Shown piece after piece: positions 1 through 8,885 of a DNA stretch of 32,000 nt; position 1 is the stretch's first letter; each line of letters begins with the position of its first letter. The DNA is from Candidatus Pelagibacter sp. HTCC7211 (GTDB lineage Bacteria > Pseudomonadota > Alphaproteobacteria > Pelagibacterales > Pelagibacteraceae), in assembly GCF_000155895.1 (NCBI RefSeq), contig NZ_DS995298.1, positions 780,001-812,000 on the forward strand, in the 5' to 3' direction. A program made the position numbers and the translations under genes. The notes beneath the pieces are model-generated. The model did no database searches and was not told where the DNA came from. It saw only the letters and a list, made by a program, of their open reading frames with translations.

Positions 1-1
1 T

Positions 2-292
2 ATTGCTATGGAAACTATTCAAGAAAGAGGAAAAACTAAATTAGGTGACAAAACTATTTTGGATAGTTTAAGTTTTATTTTAAATAATCTGAGAGCAAAT
101 AAGAATAATGTGAATTATCCAGAATTATTTAAATCAAGCACCAAAGAAGCTTTGGACGCTTTTAAGGGTAAAAAAATATTAATTGGTAGAGCAAGAATGT
201 TTGAGGACAAAACCAGAGAACTTGATGATCCTGGTATGCTTGCTTTAAGCAAATTAAGTGAAGTTTTTGTAAAAAAAATTCAAAATAGTTGA
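2..292 (+). CDS. Dak2/DhaL-type (dihydroxyacetone kinase phosphatase-domain) protein, C-terminal fragment; the 5' end lies upstream of the window
   Basis: The frame is open from the window edge to TGA at 290-292. GDKTILDSL and GRARMF..DDPGMLAL resemble the GDKTMLDAL and GRASY..DPGA motifs of Dak2 domains. Confidence 0.55.
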   Translation: MAMETIQERGKTKLGDKTILDSLSFILNNLRANKNNVNYPELFKSSTKEALDAFKGKKILIGRARMFEDKTRELDDPGMLALSKLSEVFVKKIQNS

Positions 293-330
293 ATTATAAA
301 TAATCTCTGGTAAACAATTCCCAGTTGCAT

Positions 331-1710
331 ATGAAAAATTGGAAAAAAAATAGTTGGAGAAAATATCCGGTCAAACATATTCCAGATTATCCAGACAAAA
401 ATGAACTGGATACTGTTTTAGATAAGATTGGTACGTTTCCACCTTTAGTTTTTGCAGGAGAGACAAGACATTTAAAAGAACAACTTGCTGATGTTGTGGA
501 TGGTAAAGCCTTTCTTCTTCAAGGTGGAGATTGTGCTGAGAGTTTTGCTGAATTCAATCCAGATAACATAAGAGACACATTTAAACTACTGTTACAGATG
601 TCATTAGTTTTAACATATTCAGCATCTTTACCAGTTGTAAAACTTGGAAGAATAGCTGGTCAATTTTCAAAACCGAGAAGTTCACCAGTTGAAACAAAAA
701 ATGGTGTCGAGCTACCAAGTTATCTAGGTGATAATATTAATGGCATGGAATTTAATAAAAAAGCAAGAATTCCTGATCCAAAAAGATTATTTAAGGCTTA
801 TTCTCAGTCAGCTGCAACGCTTAATCTTATAAGAGCTTTTTCAAAAGGAGGTTTTGCAGATTTAAATAAAGTACATTTGTGGAATCTTGATTACATAAAA
901 AAAAGTCCACAAGCTAAAAAATTTAAAGACCTCGAAGATAAAATTGCTGATGCTATAGCTTTTATGAGAGCATGTGGAATTACATCAGATTTTAATAACA
1001 GATTGTACACTGTAAATTTTTGGACATCACATGAAGCTTTGTTGTTACCATTTGAGGAGTCTATGACAAGAACAGATTCTACTACGGGTGAGAATCATGA
1101 TACCTCAGCTCACTTTGTTTGGATTGGAGATAGAACTAGACAATTAGATGGTGGACATGTTGAATTTTGCAGAGGAATAGAAAATCCAATAGGTATTAAA
1201 TGTGGCCCTACTTTAAAAGCAGATGATTTGATCAATCTATGTAATAGGATTAACCCAAAAAATGAAAAAGGTAAAATTACATTAATATCAAGATTTGGAG
1301 CAGATAATGTCTCAAAACATTTGCCCAAACTAATTAGAGCAATCAAAAAAGAAGGTCTAAATGTAATTTGGTCATGTGATCCTTGTCATGGTAATACTAT
1401 TCAAGCAGTGACAGGATTCAAAACAAGACCTTTCAACAGAGTTTTAAAAGAAGTTAAAGACGTTTTTGCTTGTCATCAAAGCGAAGGAAGTTATGCTGGA
1501 GGCCTTCATATTGAGCTTACTGGTCAAAATGTAACGGAATGTATAGGTGGTGCTCAAAAAATATCTGAGAATGATCTATCTTCAAGATATCATACTCATT
1601 GCGACCCAAGATTGAATGCAAATCAAGCTTTAGAATTAGCTTTTTTAATATCAGATGAGATTAAAAAGAATAGCTCATATTCAAAAAATGCAGATAGAGC
1701 GGCATCTTAA
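331..1710 (+). CDS. 3-deoxy-7-phosphoheptulonate (DAHP) synthase, class II
   Basis: About 459 aa. N-terminal W..SWR..P..H.P.YPD, LLQGGDCAESF, the KPRS region and the C-terminal GGLH.E.TG..VTEC are typical of class II (plant/actinobacterial-type) DAHP synthases. ATG at 331 is preferred over the TTG at 325 used by the ORF track. Confidence 0.85.
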   Translation: MKNWKKNSWRKYPVKHIPDYPDKNELDTVLDKIGTFPPLVFAGETRHLKEQLADVVDGKAFLLQGGDCAESFAEFNPDNIRDTFKLLLQMSLVLTYSASLPVVKLGRIAGQFSKPRSSPVETKNGVELPSYLGDNINGMEFNKKARIPDPKRLFKAYSQSAATLNLIRAFSKGGFADLNKVHLWNLDYIKKSPQAKKFKDLEDKIADAIAFMRACGITSDFNNRLYTVNFWTSHEALLLPFEESMTRTDSTTGENHDTSAHFVWIGDRTRQLDGGHVEFCRGIENPIGIKCGPTLKADDLINLCNRINPKNEKGKITLISRFGADNVSKHLPKLIRAIKKEGLNVIWSCDPCHGNTIQAVTGFKTRPFNRVLKEVKDVFACHQSEGSYAGGLHIELTGQNVTECIGGAQKISENDLSSRYHTHCDPRLNANQALELAFLISDEIKKNSSYSKNADRAAS

Positions 1711-1748
1711 ATCATTGCAAAAAAAAAAATAATTAATATTTAGATAAT

Positions 1749-2486
1749 ATGATTGTTTCTGAAAAAGTTAAATTTATTTCTAATTGGATTAAAGATTATG
1801 CAGATAATATGCCGTCTAAAGCAGAGTCTTTAGTTATAGGAATTTCTGGAGGAATAGACTCTTCTGTATCAAGCACCTTAAGCGCTATGACAGGTTTAAA
1901 AACAATTGTTTTGTCCATGCCAATTAAGCAAAAATCACATCAGCATGATTTAAGTTTAAAACATCAAGAGTGGTTAATAAAAAATTTTAAAAACGTTGAA
2001 GGACACACTGTTAATCTTGATGAATTATTTTTAGCTTTTAGTAACAGTTTATCTAAGTTTGATAACGAGCATGGAATGGCAAATTCGAGGGCAAGATTAA
2101 GAATGACAACACTTTATCAGGTGGCTGCAGCCAATAAAGGAATTGTTGTAGGCACAGGGAATAAAGTAGAAGACTTTGGTGTTGGCTTTTATACAAAATA
2201 TGGAGATGGTGGAGTTGATATTTCACCAATAGCTGATTGTAATAAAACTCAAATTTGGGAACTAGGAAAAGAACTTGGAATTTTAAAAGAAATAATTGAA
2301 GCTGCTCCAACGGATGGGTTGTGGGATGACGGAAGAACAGATGAAGGACAACTAGGACTAAAATATGCAGAATTGGAGGAGGCTATGTCTAATCCAAATT
2401 CACCGAATCGATCTAAATACGAAACTATAAGAAAACAAAATATGCATAAAATGGAGCCAATTCCGGTATGCATCATTCCGAATTAA
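1749..2486 (+). CDS. nadE: NH3-dependent NAD+ synthetase
   Basis: The PP-loop SGGIDSS, a length of about 245 aa, and the ..NKVEDFGVGFYTKYGDGG.. block are typical of NadE. Confidence 0.85.
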   Translation: MIVSEKVKFISNWIKDYADNMPSKAESLVIGISGGIDSSVSSTLSAMTGLKTIVLSMPIKQKSHQHDLSLKHQEWLIKNFKNVEGHTVNLDELFLAFSNSLSKFDNEHGMANSRARLRMTTLYQVAAANKGIVVGTGNKVEDFGVGFYTKYGDGGVDISPIADCNKTQIWELGKELGILKEIIEAAPTDGLWDDGRTDEGQLGLKYAELEEAMSNPNSPNRSKYETIRKQNMHKMEPIPVCIIPN

Positions 2487-2488
2487 TC

Positions 2489-2513
2489 AAATAGATTCAC
2501 AAATCTATTTTTT
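2489..2513 (+). terminator. Candidate rho-independent terminator after nadE
   Basis: AAATAGATT (2489-2497) pairs with AATCTATTT (2502-2510) around a 4-nt loop and runs into a T tract. The stem is AT-rich, so stability is modest. Confidence 0.5.
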
Positions 2514-2531
2514 AAGTATATTTCTAAAATC

Positions 2532-3881
2532 ATGGGAAATGATATTTTTTTAACTAATAATCTAAGTAACAAAAAAGAAAAGTTTGTCCCTTTAGATGAA
2601 AAAAATATTGGTATGTATGTCTGTGGCCCAACAGTTTATGATGATCCTCATATAGGAAATGCAAGACCAATTGTAATTTTTGATATTCTTTTTAAAGTTC
2701 TTAAAAAAAAATTTTCAAATGTAACTTATGTTAGAAATATTACTGATGTTGATGATAAAATAATTAAATCATCAAAAGAAAAAAACATATCGATCTCTGA
2801 TTTAACTCAAACTGTTATAAAAAGTTTTAATGAAGATTGTAATTATTTAAATTGTGAAAATCCTTCACAACAACCAAAAGCAACTGAACATATTGATTTA
2901 ATGATTGAGATGATTTCTGAATTAATTAAAAAAGGTTTTGCTTATGAAAATAATCAACATGTTTATTTTGAAGTAAAAAAATTTGATGATTATGGAAAAT
3001 TATCAAATAAAAAATTAGAGGATTTAATAGCAGGATCTAGAATTGAAGTTAGTGATAACAAAAAAAATTCAGAAGATTTTGTATTATGGAAACCATCTTT
3101 AGACAATGAACCAGCATGGGACTCACCATGGGGTAAGGGAAGACCAGGTTGGCATTTAGAATGTTCAGCAATGTCTAAGAAATTTTTAGGTAATGAATTT
3201 GATATTCATGGGGGAGGTATAGATTTAATTTTTCCTCATCACGAAAATGAAATTGCACAATCAAGATGTGCAAATGATACCGATGTTTTTGCAAATTATT
3301 GGTTACATAATGCTTTTATTACAATGTCTAATGAAAAAATGGCAAAATCTCAGGGAAATATTTTAAAGATAAAAGATTTTAGAAATAAAGTTAGTGGTCA
3401 AGTTTTAAGACTAGCGTTAATAAGTGCTCATTATAAACAACCTCTGGATTGGAATGATAAACTTTTAGAAGATTGTCAAAATACAATTGATAAATGGTAC
3501 AATGTTTATTTGCCATCTGATAACGATTTGGACGAAGAAATTATCCAACCTTTGTATGATGATATAAATACACCTGGTTATATTGCAAATTTACATAAGC
3601 TTTATGATAAAGCCAATAAAGGAGATGAAAAAGATAAACAAATTTTTAACTCTGCATGTAATTTTATAGGTTTACTTCAAGAGACAAAAGAAGTGTGGTT
3701 AAATCATAAAAAAGATAAAATAGATATTTCCGAAGAAGAAATAGAAAACAAAATACAGCTTAGAAATACTGCAAGAGCTAATAAAGATTATAAGGAAGCT
3801 GATAATATTAGGGATTATCTTTTAGATAAAGGAGTTTTAATAGAGGATAAAGATGGTAAAACAATTTGGAAATTTAAATGA
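2532..3881 (+). CDS. cysS: Cysteinyl-tRNA synthetase
   Basis: Class I signatures HIGN (PHIGNARP) and KMAKS (a KMSKS variant), plus the WHLECSAM zinc/cysteine-binding block. Length 449 aa. Confidence 0.9.
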   Translation: MGNDIFLTNNLSNKKEKFVPLDEKNIGMYVCGPTVYDDPHIGNARPIVIFDILFKVLKKKFSNVTYVRNITDVDDKIIKSSKEKNISISDLTQTVIKSFNEDCNYLNCENPSQQPKATEHIDLMIEMISELIKKGFAYENNQHVYFEVKKFDDYGKLSNKKLEDLIAGSRIEVSDNKKNSEDFVLWKPSLDNEPAWDSPWGKGRPGWHLECSAMSKKFLGNEFDIHGGGIDLIFPHHENEIAQSRCANDTDVFANYWLHNAFITMSNEKMAKSQGNILKIKDFRNKVSGQVLRLALISAHYKQPLDWNDKLLEDCQNTIDKWYNVYLPSDNDLDEEIIQPLYDDINTPGYIANLHKLYDKANKGDEKDKQIFNSACNFIGLLQETKEVWLNHKKDKIDISEEEIENKIQLRNTARANKDYKEADNIRDYLLDKGVLIEDKDGKTIWKFK

Positions 3882-5479
3882 GTAAAGAAAGACTATATAT
3901 ATTTGATACAACGTTAAGAGATGGGGCACAAACTCAAGGAGTTGATTTTTCAATTGATGATAAGGAAAAAATATCTACTTCTTTAGATGCTCTAGGGGTT
4001 GATTATATTGAAGGCGGGTGGCCAGGAGCCAATCCGACAGATACTGAATTTTTCAATAAAGACCAGGGTTTTAAAAATGCCAAACTTACTGCTTTTGGTA
4101 TGACTAAAAAGTCTGAACATAGTGCAGAAAATGATCCTATGTTGGCATCTCTAATCAATTCAAAAAGTTCTTCAGTATGTTTATTTGGCAAATCTTGGGA
4201 TTTTCAAGTTGATGTAGCACTAGGTATTACTAATGAACAAAATTTAGAAAATATAAGTGAGAGTGCTAAGCATATAGTTAGCTCAGGTAAAGAGTTTATG
4301 TTTGATGCAGAGCATTGTTTTGATGGTTATAAAGCTAATCCAGAATACACACTTTCTTGTTTAAAGGCAGCTTATGATCAAGGTGCTAGATGGATTGTAT
4401 TATGTGATACCAATGGAGGAACTCTTCCACATGAAGTATCAAAGATAGTTTCAGAGATCGCAAAACATATTCCAGGTGAAAATTTAGGAATTCATGCACA
4501 TAATGATACAGAAAATGCAGTTGCAAATAGTTTAGCTGCAGTTCAAGCAGGAGTGAGACAAATTCAAGGTACAATAAATGGATTAGGGGAGAGATGTGGA
4601 AATGCAAATTTAATGTCTTTAATTCCAACTTTATTCTTAAAGAAAGATTTTAGTGAAAAATTTGAAATCAATATCAAACATGAAAATTTACAAAATTTAA
4701 CTCAATGTTCTCGTTTATTAGATGAATTATTAAATAGAAAACCTAATAAACATTTACCATACGTTGGTGCATCAGCATTTTCGCATAAAGGTGGTATGCA
4801 TGTCTCAGCAGTTCAAAAAAACCCTAAAACTTATGAACACATTGATCCAGAAGAAGTTGGAAATTCAAGAAATATTGTTGTATCTGATCAGGCTGGTCAA
4901 TCAAATATAATGTCTAGATTAAAATCAATTGGCATTGAGGTTGAAAAAAATGATCCAAAAATTAAAAAACTTTTAAGTGAAGTAAAAGATAGAGAGTTTA
5001 TTGGCTATAGTTATGATGGAGCTGATGCTTCATTTGAATTGTTAGCTAGAAGATTAATGGGTGAAATACCAAGATATATCTTGATTAATGAATACGATGT
5101 TTCAGTTAAAAAGGATAATGCAGGTGAAATTATTTCTCATGCAAAAGCCAACCTAGTTGTTGATGGTGAAAAAATATTGTGTGAAGGTCAAGGTAACGGA
5201 CCTGTAAATGCTTTAGACAATGCAATTAGAAAAAATGTGAATAAACTTGCAAAATATTCTGAATATTTAAAAGATTTAAAATTAGTTGATTATAAAGTTA
5301 GAATTTTAAACACTGGTACTGAAGCGGTAACTAGAGTTTCAATTGAAAGTACAGATTCAAAAGGAGTAAATTGGTTTACAATTGGGGTATCACCTAACAT
5401 AATTGATGCTTCTTTTAAGGCATTGGTTGATAGTTTAGATTACAAGCTATTTAAGGATAAAGCTCCTGCAAGCTTATAA
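3878..5479 (+). CDS. cimA: Citramalate synthase-type member of the LeuA/HMGL-like family
   Basis: N-terminal FDTTLRDGAQ, HAHND.. and a C-terminal LeuA-dimer-like regulatory domain. The 533-aa length and overall pattern fit the LeuA-related/citramalate synthase subgroup rather than canonical LeuA. The ATGA start overlaps the cysS stop. Confidence 0.65.
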   Translation: MSKERLYIFDTTLRDGAQTQGVDFSIDDKEKISTSLDALGVDYIEGGWPGANPTDTEFFNKDQGFKNAKLTAFGMTKKSEHSAENDPMLASLINSKSSSVCLFGKSWDFQVDVALGITNEQNLENISESAKHIVSSGKEFMFDAEHCFDGYKANPEYTLSCLKAAYDQGARWIVLCDTNGGTLPHEVSKIVSEIAKHIPGENLGIHAHNDTENAVANSLAAVQAGVRQIQGTINGLGERCGNANLMSLIPTLFLKKDFSEKFEINIKHENLQNLTQCSRLLDELLNRKPNKHLPYVGASAFSHKGGMHVSAVQKNPKTYEHIDPEEVGNSRNIVVSDQAGQSNIMSRLKSIGIEVEKNDPKIKKLLSEVKDREFIGYSYDGADASFELLARRLMGEIPRYILINEYDVSVKKDNAGEIISHAKANLVVDGEKILCEGQGNGPVNALDNAIRKNVNKLAKYSEYLKDLKLVDYKVRILNTGTEAVTRVSIESTDSKGVNWFTIGVSPNIIDASFKALVDSLDYKLFKDKAPASL

Positions 5480-5498
5480 GAATTGATACATTAATATT

Positions 5499-6212
5499 AT
5501 GTCATCAACCAATATTACTTTTATCTTACATAAACCCCAGCTATCAGAAAATATTGGAGCTTGTGCGAGAGGGATGAAGAATTTTAATTTTCAAAAATTA
5601 ATTGTAATAGATCCAAAACCTATTTTTCCAAATGATAAAATTTTAGCAACTTCTGTTGGTGCAAAAAATATAATTAGTAAAAGTAAAGTTTTTGACAATC
5701 TAGAACCAGCATTAAAAAACATTGATTATGTGATTGCAACATCAGCAAGATTTAGAAACAAAAATATTAAACATATTCAATTAGAAGACTTAAAAAAAAT
5801 TGATTTTACAAAAAAAATAGCGTTTCTTTTTGGATCAGAGGCATCAGGCTTATCTAATAATGAGGTTAGTTATGCAAATTATACACTACAAATACCCACC
5901 AACCCTGATTTTAAATCTTTAAATCTATCTCATAGTCTAATCATTATTGCTCAATATGTTTCAAGTATAATTAAATCAAAGACATCTAATTTTAAAAAAT
6001 CCAAAAAAGTTAAAACTGCATCAAAAAAAGAAATACACGCTATGACTAATTTATGTATTAAAAACTTGGATGAAATTAACTTTTTTAAACCCAAAGAAAA
6101 GAAACCTATAATGTTGGAAAATCTAAGAAATATTTTCTATAAAATGGAATTATCAGCTAAAGAGACAAGAATATTAGCTAGTGTATTCGCTAGTTTGGGT
6201 AAAAAACGTTGA
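5499..6212 (+). CDS. trmJ: SpoU/TrmH-family RNA 2'-O-methyltransferase, TrmJ-like
   Basis: ENIGACARGMKNF, ATSAR.R, FLFGSEASGLSN and NP.FKSLNLSHS blocks parallel E. coli TrmJ. Confidence 0.65.
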   Translation: MSSTNITFILHKPQLSENIGACARGMKNFNFQKLIVIDPKPIFPNDKILATSVGAKNIISKSKVFDNLEPALKNIDYVIATSARFRNKNIKHIQLEDLKKIDFTKKIAFLFGSEASGLSNNEVSYANYTLQIPTNPDFKSLNLSHSLIIIAQYVSSIIKSKTSNFKKSKKVKTASKKEIHAMTNLCIKNLDEINFFKPKEKKPIMLENLRNIFYKMELSAKETRILASVFASLGKKR

Positions 6213-6240
6213 TTGACAAAATATCCTGTAAGCTTATAAA
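6213..6240 (+). promoter_or_regulatory. Candidate sigma70-type promoter for rpsD
   Basis: TTGACA (6213-6218), a 16-nt spacer, then TATAAA (6235-6240), 12 nt upstream of the rpsD ATG. Confidence 0.45.
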
Positions 6241-6252
6241 CCCCTCTATCAA

Positions 6253-6870
6253 ATGACTAAAAGATTAAACTCTAAACATAAAGTAGATAGAAGATTAAAA
6301 GTTAACCTATGGGGCAGACCTAAAAGTCCATTTAATACTAGAGCTTACGGACCAGGACAACACGGTCAGTCAAGACAAGGTAAACCATCAGACTATGGAA
6401 TTCAGTTACAAGCTAAGCAAAAATTAAAAGCTTACTACGGAAATATCAACGAGAGACAATTTAGAAATATTTATAAAAAAGCAGTTATGCTTAAAGGTGA
6501 TACAGGTGAAAACTTAATTGGCTTATTAGAGAGAAGATTAGATGCGGTTATTTATCGAGCAAAGTTTGCAACTACAATTTTTTCTGCAAGACAATTAATC
6601 AATCATAACCATGTAAGAGTTAACGGTAAAAAAGTTAACATTGGAAGTTATTTAGTTAAAGAAGAAGATTCAATTGAAATTAGAGATAAGTCTAAGCAAC
6701 TTGCAATCATTGATATTGCTTTAGCTAACAAAGAAAGAGAAGCTCCAGAATATATTCAAATGGATGAGAAAAATAAAAAATTTAAATTTGTAAGAACACC
6801 TAAATTCGAAGAAGTTCCATATCCAATCGTAATGGAACCAAATCTAGTTATAGAATATTATTCTAGATAA
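6253..6870 (+). CDS. rpsD: 30S ribosomal protein S4
   Basis: 205 aa. The N-terminal K..RRL...LWGR.KSP, an S4 RNA-binding domain (LERRLD..IYR...A.T...ARQLI.H.H..VNG) and length all match. Confidence 0.95.
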   Translation: MTKRLNSKHKVDRRLKVNLWGRPKSPFNTRAYGPGQHGQSRQGKPSDYGIQLQAKQKLKAYYGNINERQFRNIYKKAVMLKGDTGENLIGLLERRLDAVIYRAKFATTIFSARQLINHNHVRVNGKKVNIGSYLVKEEDSIEIRDKSKQLAIIDIALANKEREAPEYIQMDEKNKKFKFVRTPKFEEVPYPIVMEPNLVIEYYSR

Positions 6871-6933
6871 TATAATTACCTCTGATTTTCACTCTATTAA
6901 ATCTTAAGTTGAAATTTAATTAAATTTAAATTT

Positions 6934-8178
6934 TTAAAAAATAAATTTTTGAAATCCAAGTAATAATAACGATATATAAAAAATTGGAAATGCTATTTTA
7001 AAAAAAACTGTAACCTTACTCAATTTTTTTTTTACTGATCCTTTAAAATAATAAGTTAAATAAAAAGACTCAACACATAGTGCAACTATGGACAAAACAG
7101 AGATTAAATATCCCATCAAAATTGTCCAATCTAACAGTGTTACGTAAGGTAATTCAGGTATCCTTCCAATTAATACAAAGTTAAAAGCTACAAATGATAC
7201 TAACAAAGTTCCTAATAAAGTCGCTCTACCGTGAGATAAAGAAATATATAAACAGGCATAAGAAAGTAATGATATTACGATAATTGGTATAATAAATTTT
7301 AATAAATATGGTAACCAGTTTCTCTCCATTATTAAATCAGATTTTATTGAATGTTTTGAATACTCAGAGTAAGCATCGGTTAAAGAGTCTACTGCTGAGT
7401 AAGAAATATAACGATTAATTGTCCATCCAGGTGAGGATATATTTAAGTAATTATTTTTCTTTGTTTCATCTAACAGCAACTTAAATTTATTTGAATTTTC
7501 AAAATATAAATTTTCATAGATTTTTGATGATATAGAAAATCTGAATTGATGGCTGTCAAAAGGGTAAATTCTGTAATCAAATTCTGGAACTGCATAATAT
7601 ATTTCTTCATCAAAATGAACATATTCTATAGTTCCATCATAATAAATTAAGATTTTCGGTTGGAGTTGTGGATTTTCATTTGTAAGTACCTTTAAAGAAT
7701 TATCAAATGACATTTTAAAATCAAAAAACTTTCCATTTTTTAATGAACTAGCCAAATCATATTCACATACTACTATTTTTTTTGTGCCTGCTTTTGTGAT
7801 TCTTTCTGTAATTGATTGTATTTGATCAGAAAAATCGTCTGATAAACTTCTAAAAATTATTAAATCTAATTTTGGCTCTTTATAAGAATAAGTTCTTTGA
7901 TCGAGATAAATGGTAAATTCTGCATCTGTTTCATTTAGTTTTAATTTTTTGAGATTAATATAATTCATTAACATAATCTCTCTTTCTGGTTTTTTTGCTA
8001 AACCAAAATTACTGTTACTATAAATATCGTCACAAATTTTTTGGGGAAATAATTCATTAAATTCTAATCTTTTTTCAGGTTGAAATGAAGAAACTTCAAT
8101 TGAATACCCAATAGTATTTAAGAACAATAATGAATAAAAAAAGATTATGAAATAAATCTGTTTAAGTAGCTTATGCAT
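6934..8178 (-). CDS. Prokaryotic pentameric ligand-gated ion channel (Pro-loop receptor, GLIC/ELIC-like) with signal peptide and extended N-terminal ectodomain
   Basis: Has a signal peptide and the Pro-loop motif YPFDSHQFRF (YPFD encoded at 7555-7566, minus strand; compare GLIC YPFDSQ). The pre-M1/M1 segment is ERNWLPYLLKFIIPIIVISLLSY and M2 is ATLLGTLLVSFVAFNFVL. The M2-M3/M3 segment is IPELPYVTLLDWTILMGYL, and there is a C-terminal M4. Confidence 0.85.
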   Translation of the reverse strand: MHKLLKQIYFIIFFYSLLFLNTIGYSIEVSSFQPEKRLEFNELFPQKICDDIYSNSNFGLAKKPEREIMLMNYINLKKLKLNETDAEFTIYLDQRTYSYKEPKLDLIIFRSLSDDFSDQIQSITERITKAGTKKIVVCEYDLASSLKNGKFFDFKMSFDNSLKVLTNENPQLQPKILIYYDGTIEYVHFDEEIYYAVPEFDYRIYPFDSHQFRFSISSKIYENLYFENSNKFKLLLDETKKNNYLNISSPGWTINRYISYSAVDSLTDAYSEYSKHSIKSDLIMERNWLPYLLKFIIPIIVISLLSYACLYISLSHGRATLLGTLLVSFVAFNFVLIGRIPELPYVTLLDWTILMGYLISVLSIVALCVESFYLTYYFKGSVKKKLSKVTVFFKIAFPIFYISLLLLGFQKFIF

Positions 8179-8179
8179 A

Positions 8180-8518
8180 CTACTGTGAAGTAAATATAAG
8201 CTTATTTCTTTGAAACCATTTAGTTATAACTTCTTTAAGATTATTACAATTATAATATTTTTTTCTTTTATCCTTTTGATCTACTTCTTTTGATAAATAA
8301 TCTTTATTTACACCATCTATCAAAATAGATTGAATAGTAGTTCTACTGGCAACAGTGACTAAATTTTTACATAAATCTTCAAAGGTAATCTTTTTATTTC
8401 CAAAAATTTGAAAAACTATTATTGCATGAACTTTAGTTTTAAAAATATAAGATATCTCACCTTTGTCGCGTGAATTGTTAATTAAATCTTTTGAAATTTG
8501 TAAAAATTTTGAATTCAT
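8180..8518 (-). CDS. Small winged-helix (MarR-like) transcriptional regulator
   Basis: 112 aa. ITFEDLCKNLVTVASRTTIQSILIDGVNKDYLSKEVDQKDKRKKYY fits a helix-turn-helix plus wing with the D.R-type wing motif of MarR-family proteins. Its stop (8180) is 1 nt from the channel ATG (8178). Confidence 0.5.
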   Translation of the reverse strand: MNSKFLQISKDLINNSRDKGEISYIFKTKVHAIIVFQIFGNKKITFEDLCKNLVTVASRTTIQSILIDGVNKDYLSKEVDQKDKRKKYYNCNNLKEVITKWFQRNKLIFTSQ

Positions 8519-8565
8519 AAAAATTTAATTACTATAATTTATTACTATTTGTTGGTAGTTTTACA

Positions 8566-8580
8566 GTGATAATATGTCAC
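8566..8580. promoter_or_regulatory. Candidate operator half-palindrome GTGATAATATGTCAC
   Basis: GTGA-N7-TCAC dyad in the 316-bp divergent intergenic region. It has the same architecture as the site at 8691-8705. Confidence 0.25.
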
Positions 8581-8690
8581 TTTAGATATGCATTGAGATC
8601 AGAGCTTAATGTCTTTTAGGCCCATTTAATATCATTTATTTAATATTAATTTTTGATACTAAATTTTGATAATATTCTTGTTATGTTAAA

Positions 8691-8705
8691 GTGCTAAATT
8701 ATCAC
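8691..8705. promoter_or_regulatory. Candidate operator half-palindrome GTGCTAAATTATCAC
   Basis: GTGC-N7-TCAC dyad, 125 bp from the related site at 8566-8580. Confidence 0.25.
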
Positions 8706-8885
8706 ATAAGGTATTGTTTTCTTCACGGTTTAAAAACTAAGTATACCAATAACAATTTAATAAAATTTTTTAGTATTAGTTTTTGGTAGTAAATTTAATT
8801 ATTTTTTTTTTTGTATTAATTAAATAAATGATAAGTGATTATTAAAAAATTTAAATTTTTTAATATTGTTAACATCATATTAAAA

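Noticed and set aside
6912-6927. Perfect 16-bp palindrome AAATTTAATTAAATTT between the convergent rpsD and channel genes, as a possible bidirectional terminator
   Set aside because: The stem is composed only of A/T pairs and has no loop, so predicted stability is negligible. It may be a protein-binding site, but there is no supporting evidence.
8835-8885. GTG start at 8835 for the autotransporter (and TTG at 325 for DAHP synthase), as given by the ORF track
   Set aside because: The downstream ATG codons (8886 and 331) give a canonical signal peptide and a conserved N-terminus respectively. The upstream extensions add only AT-rich-encoded residues.
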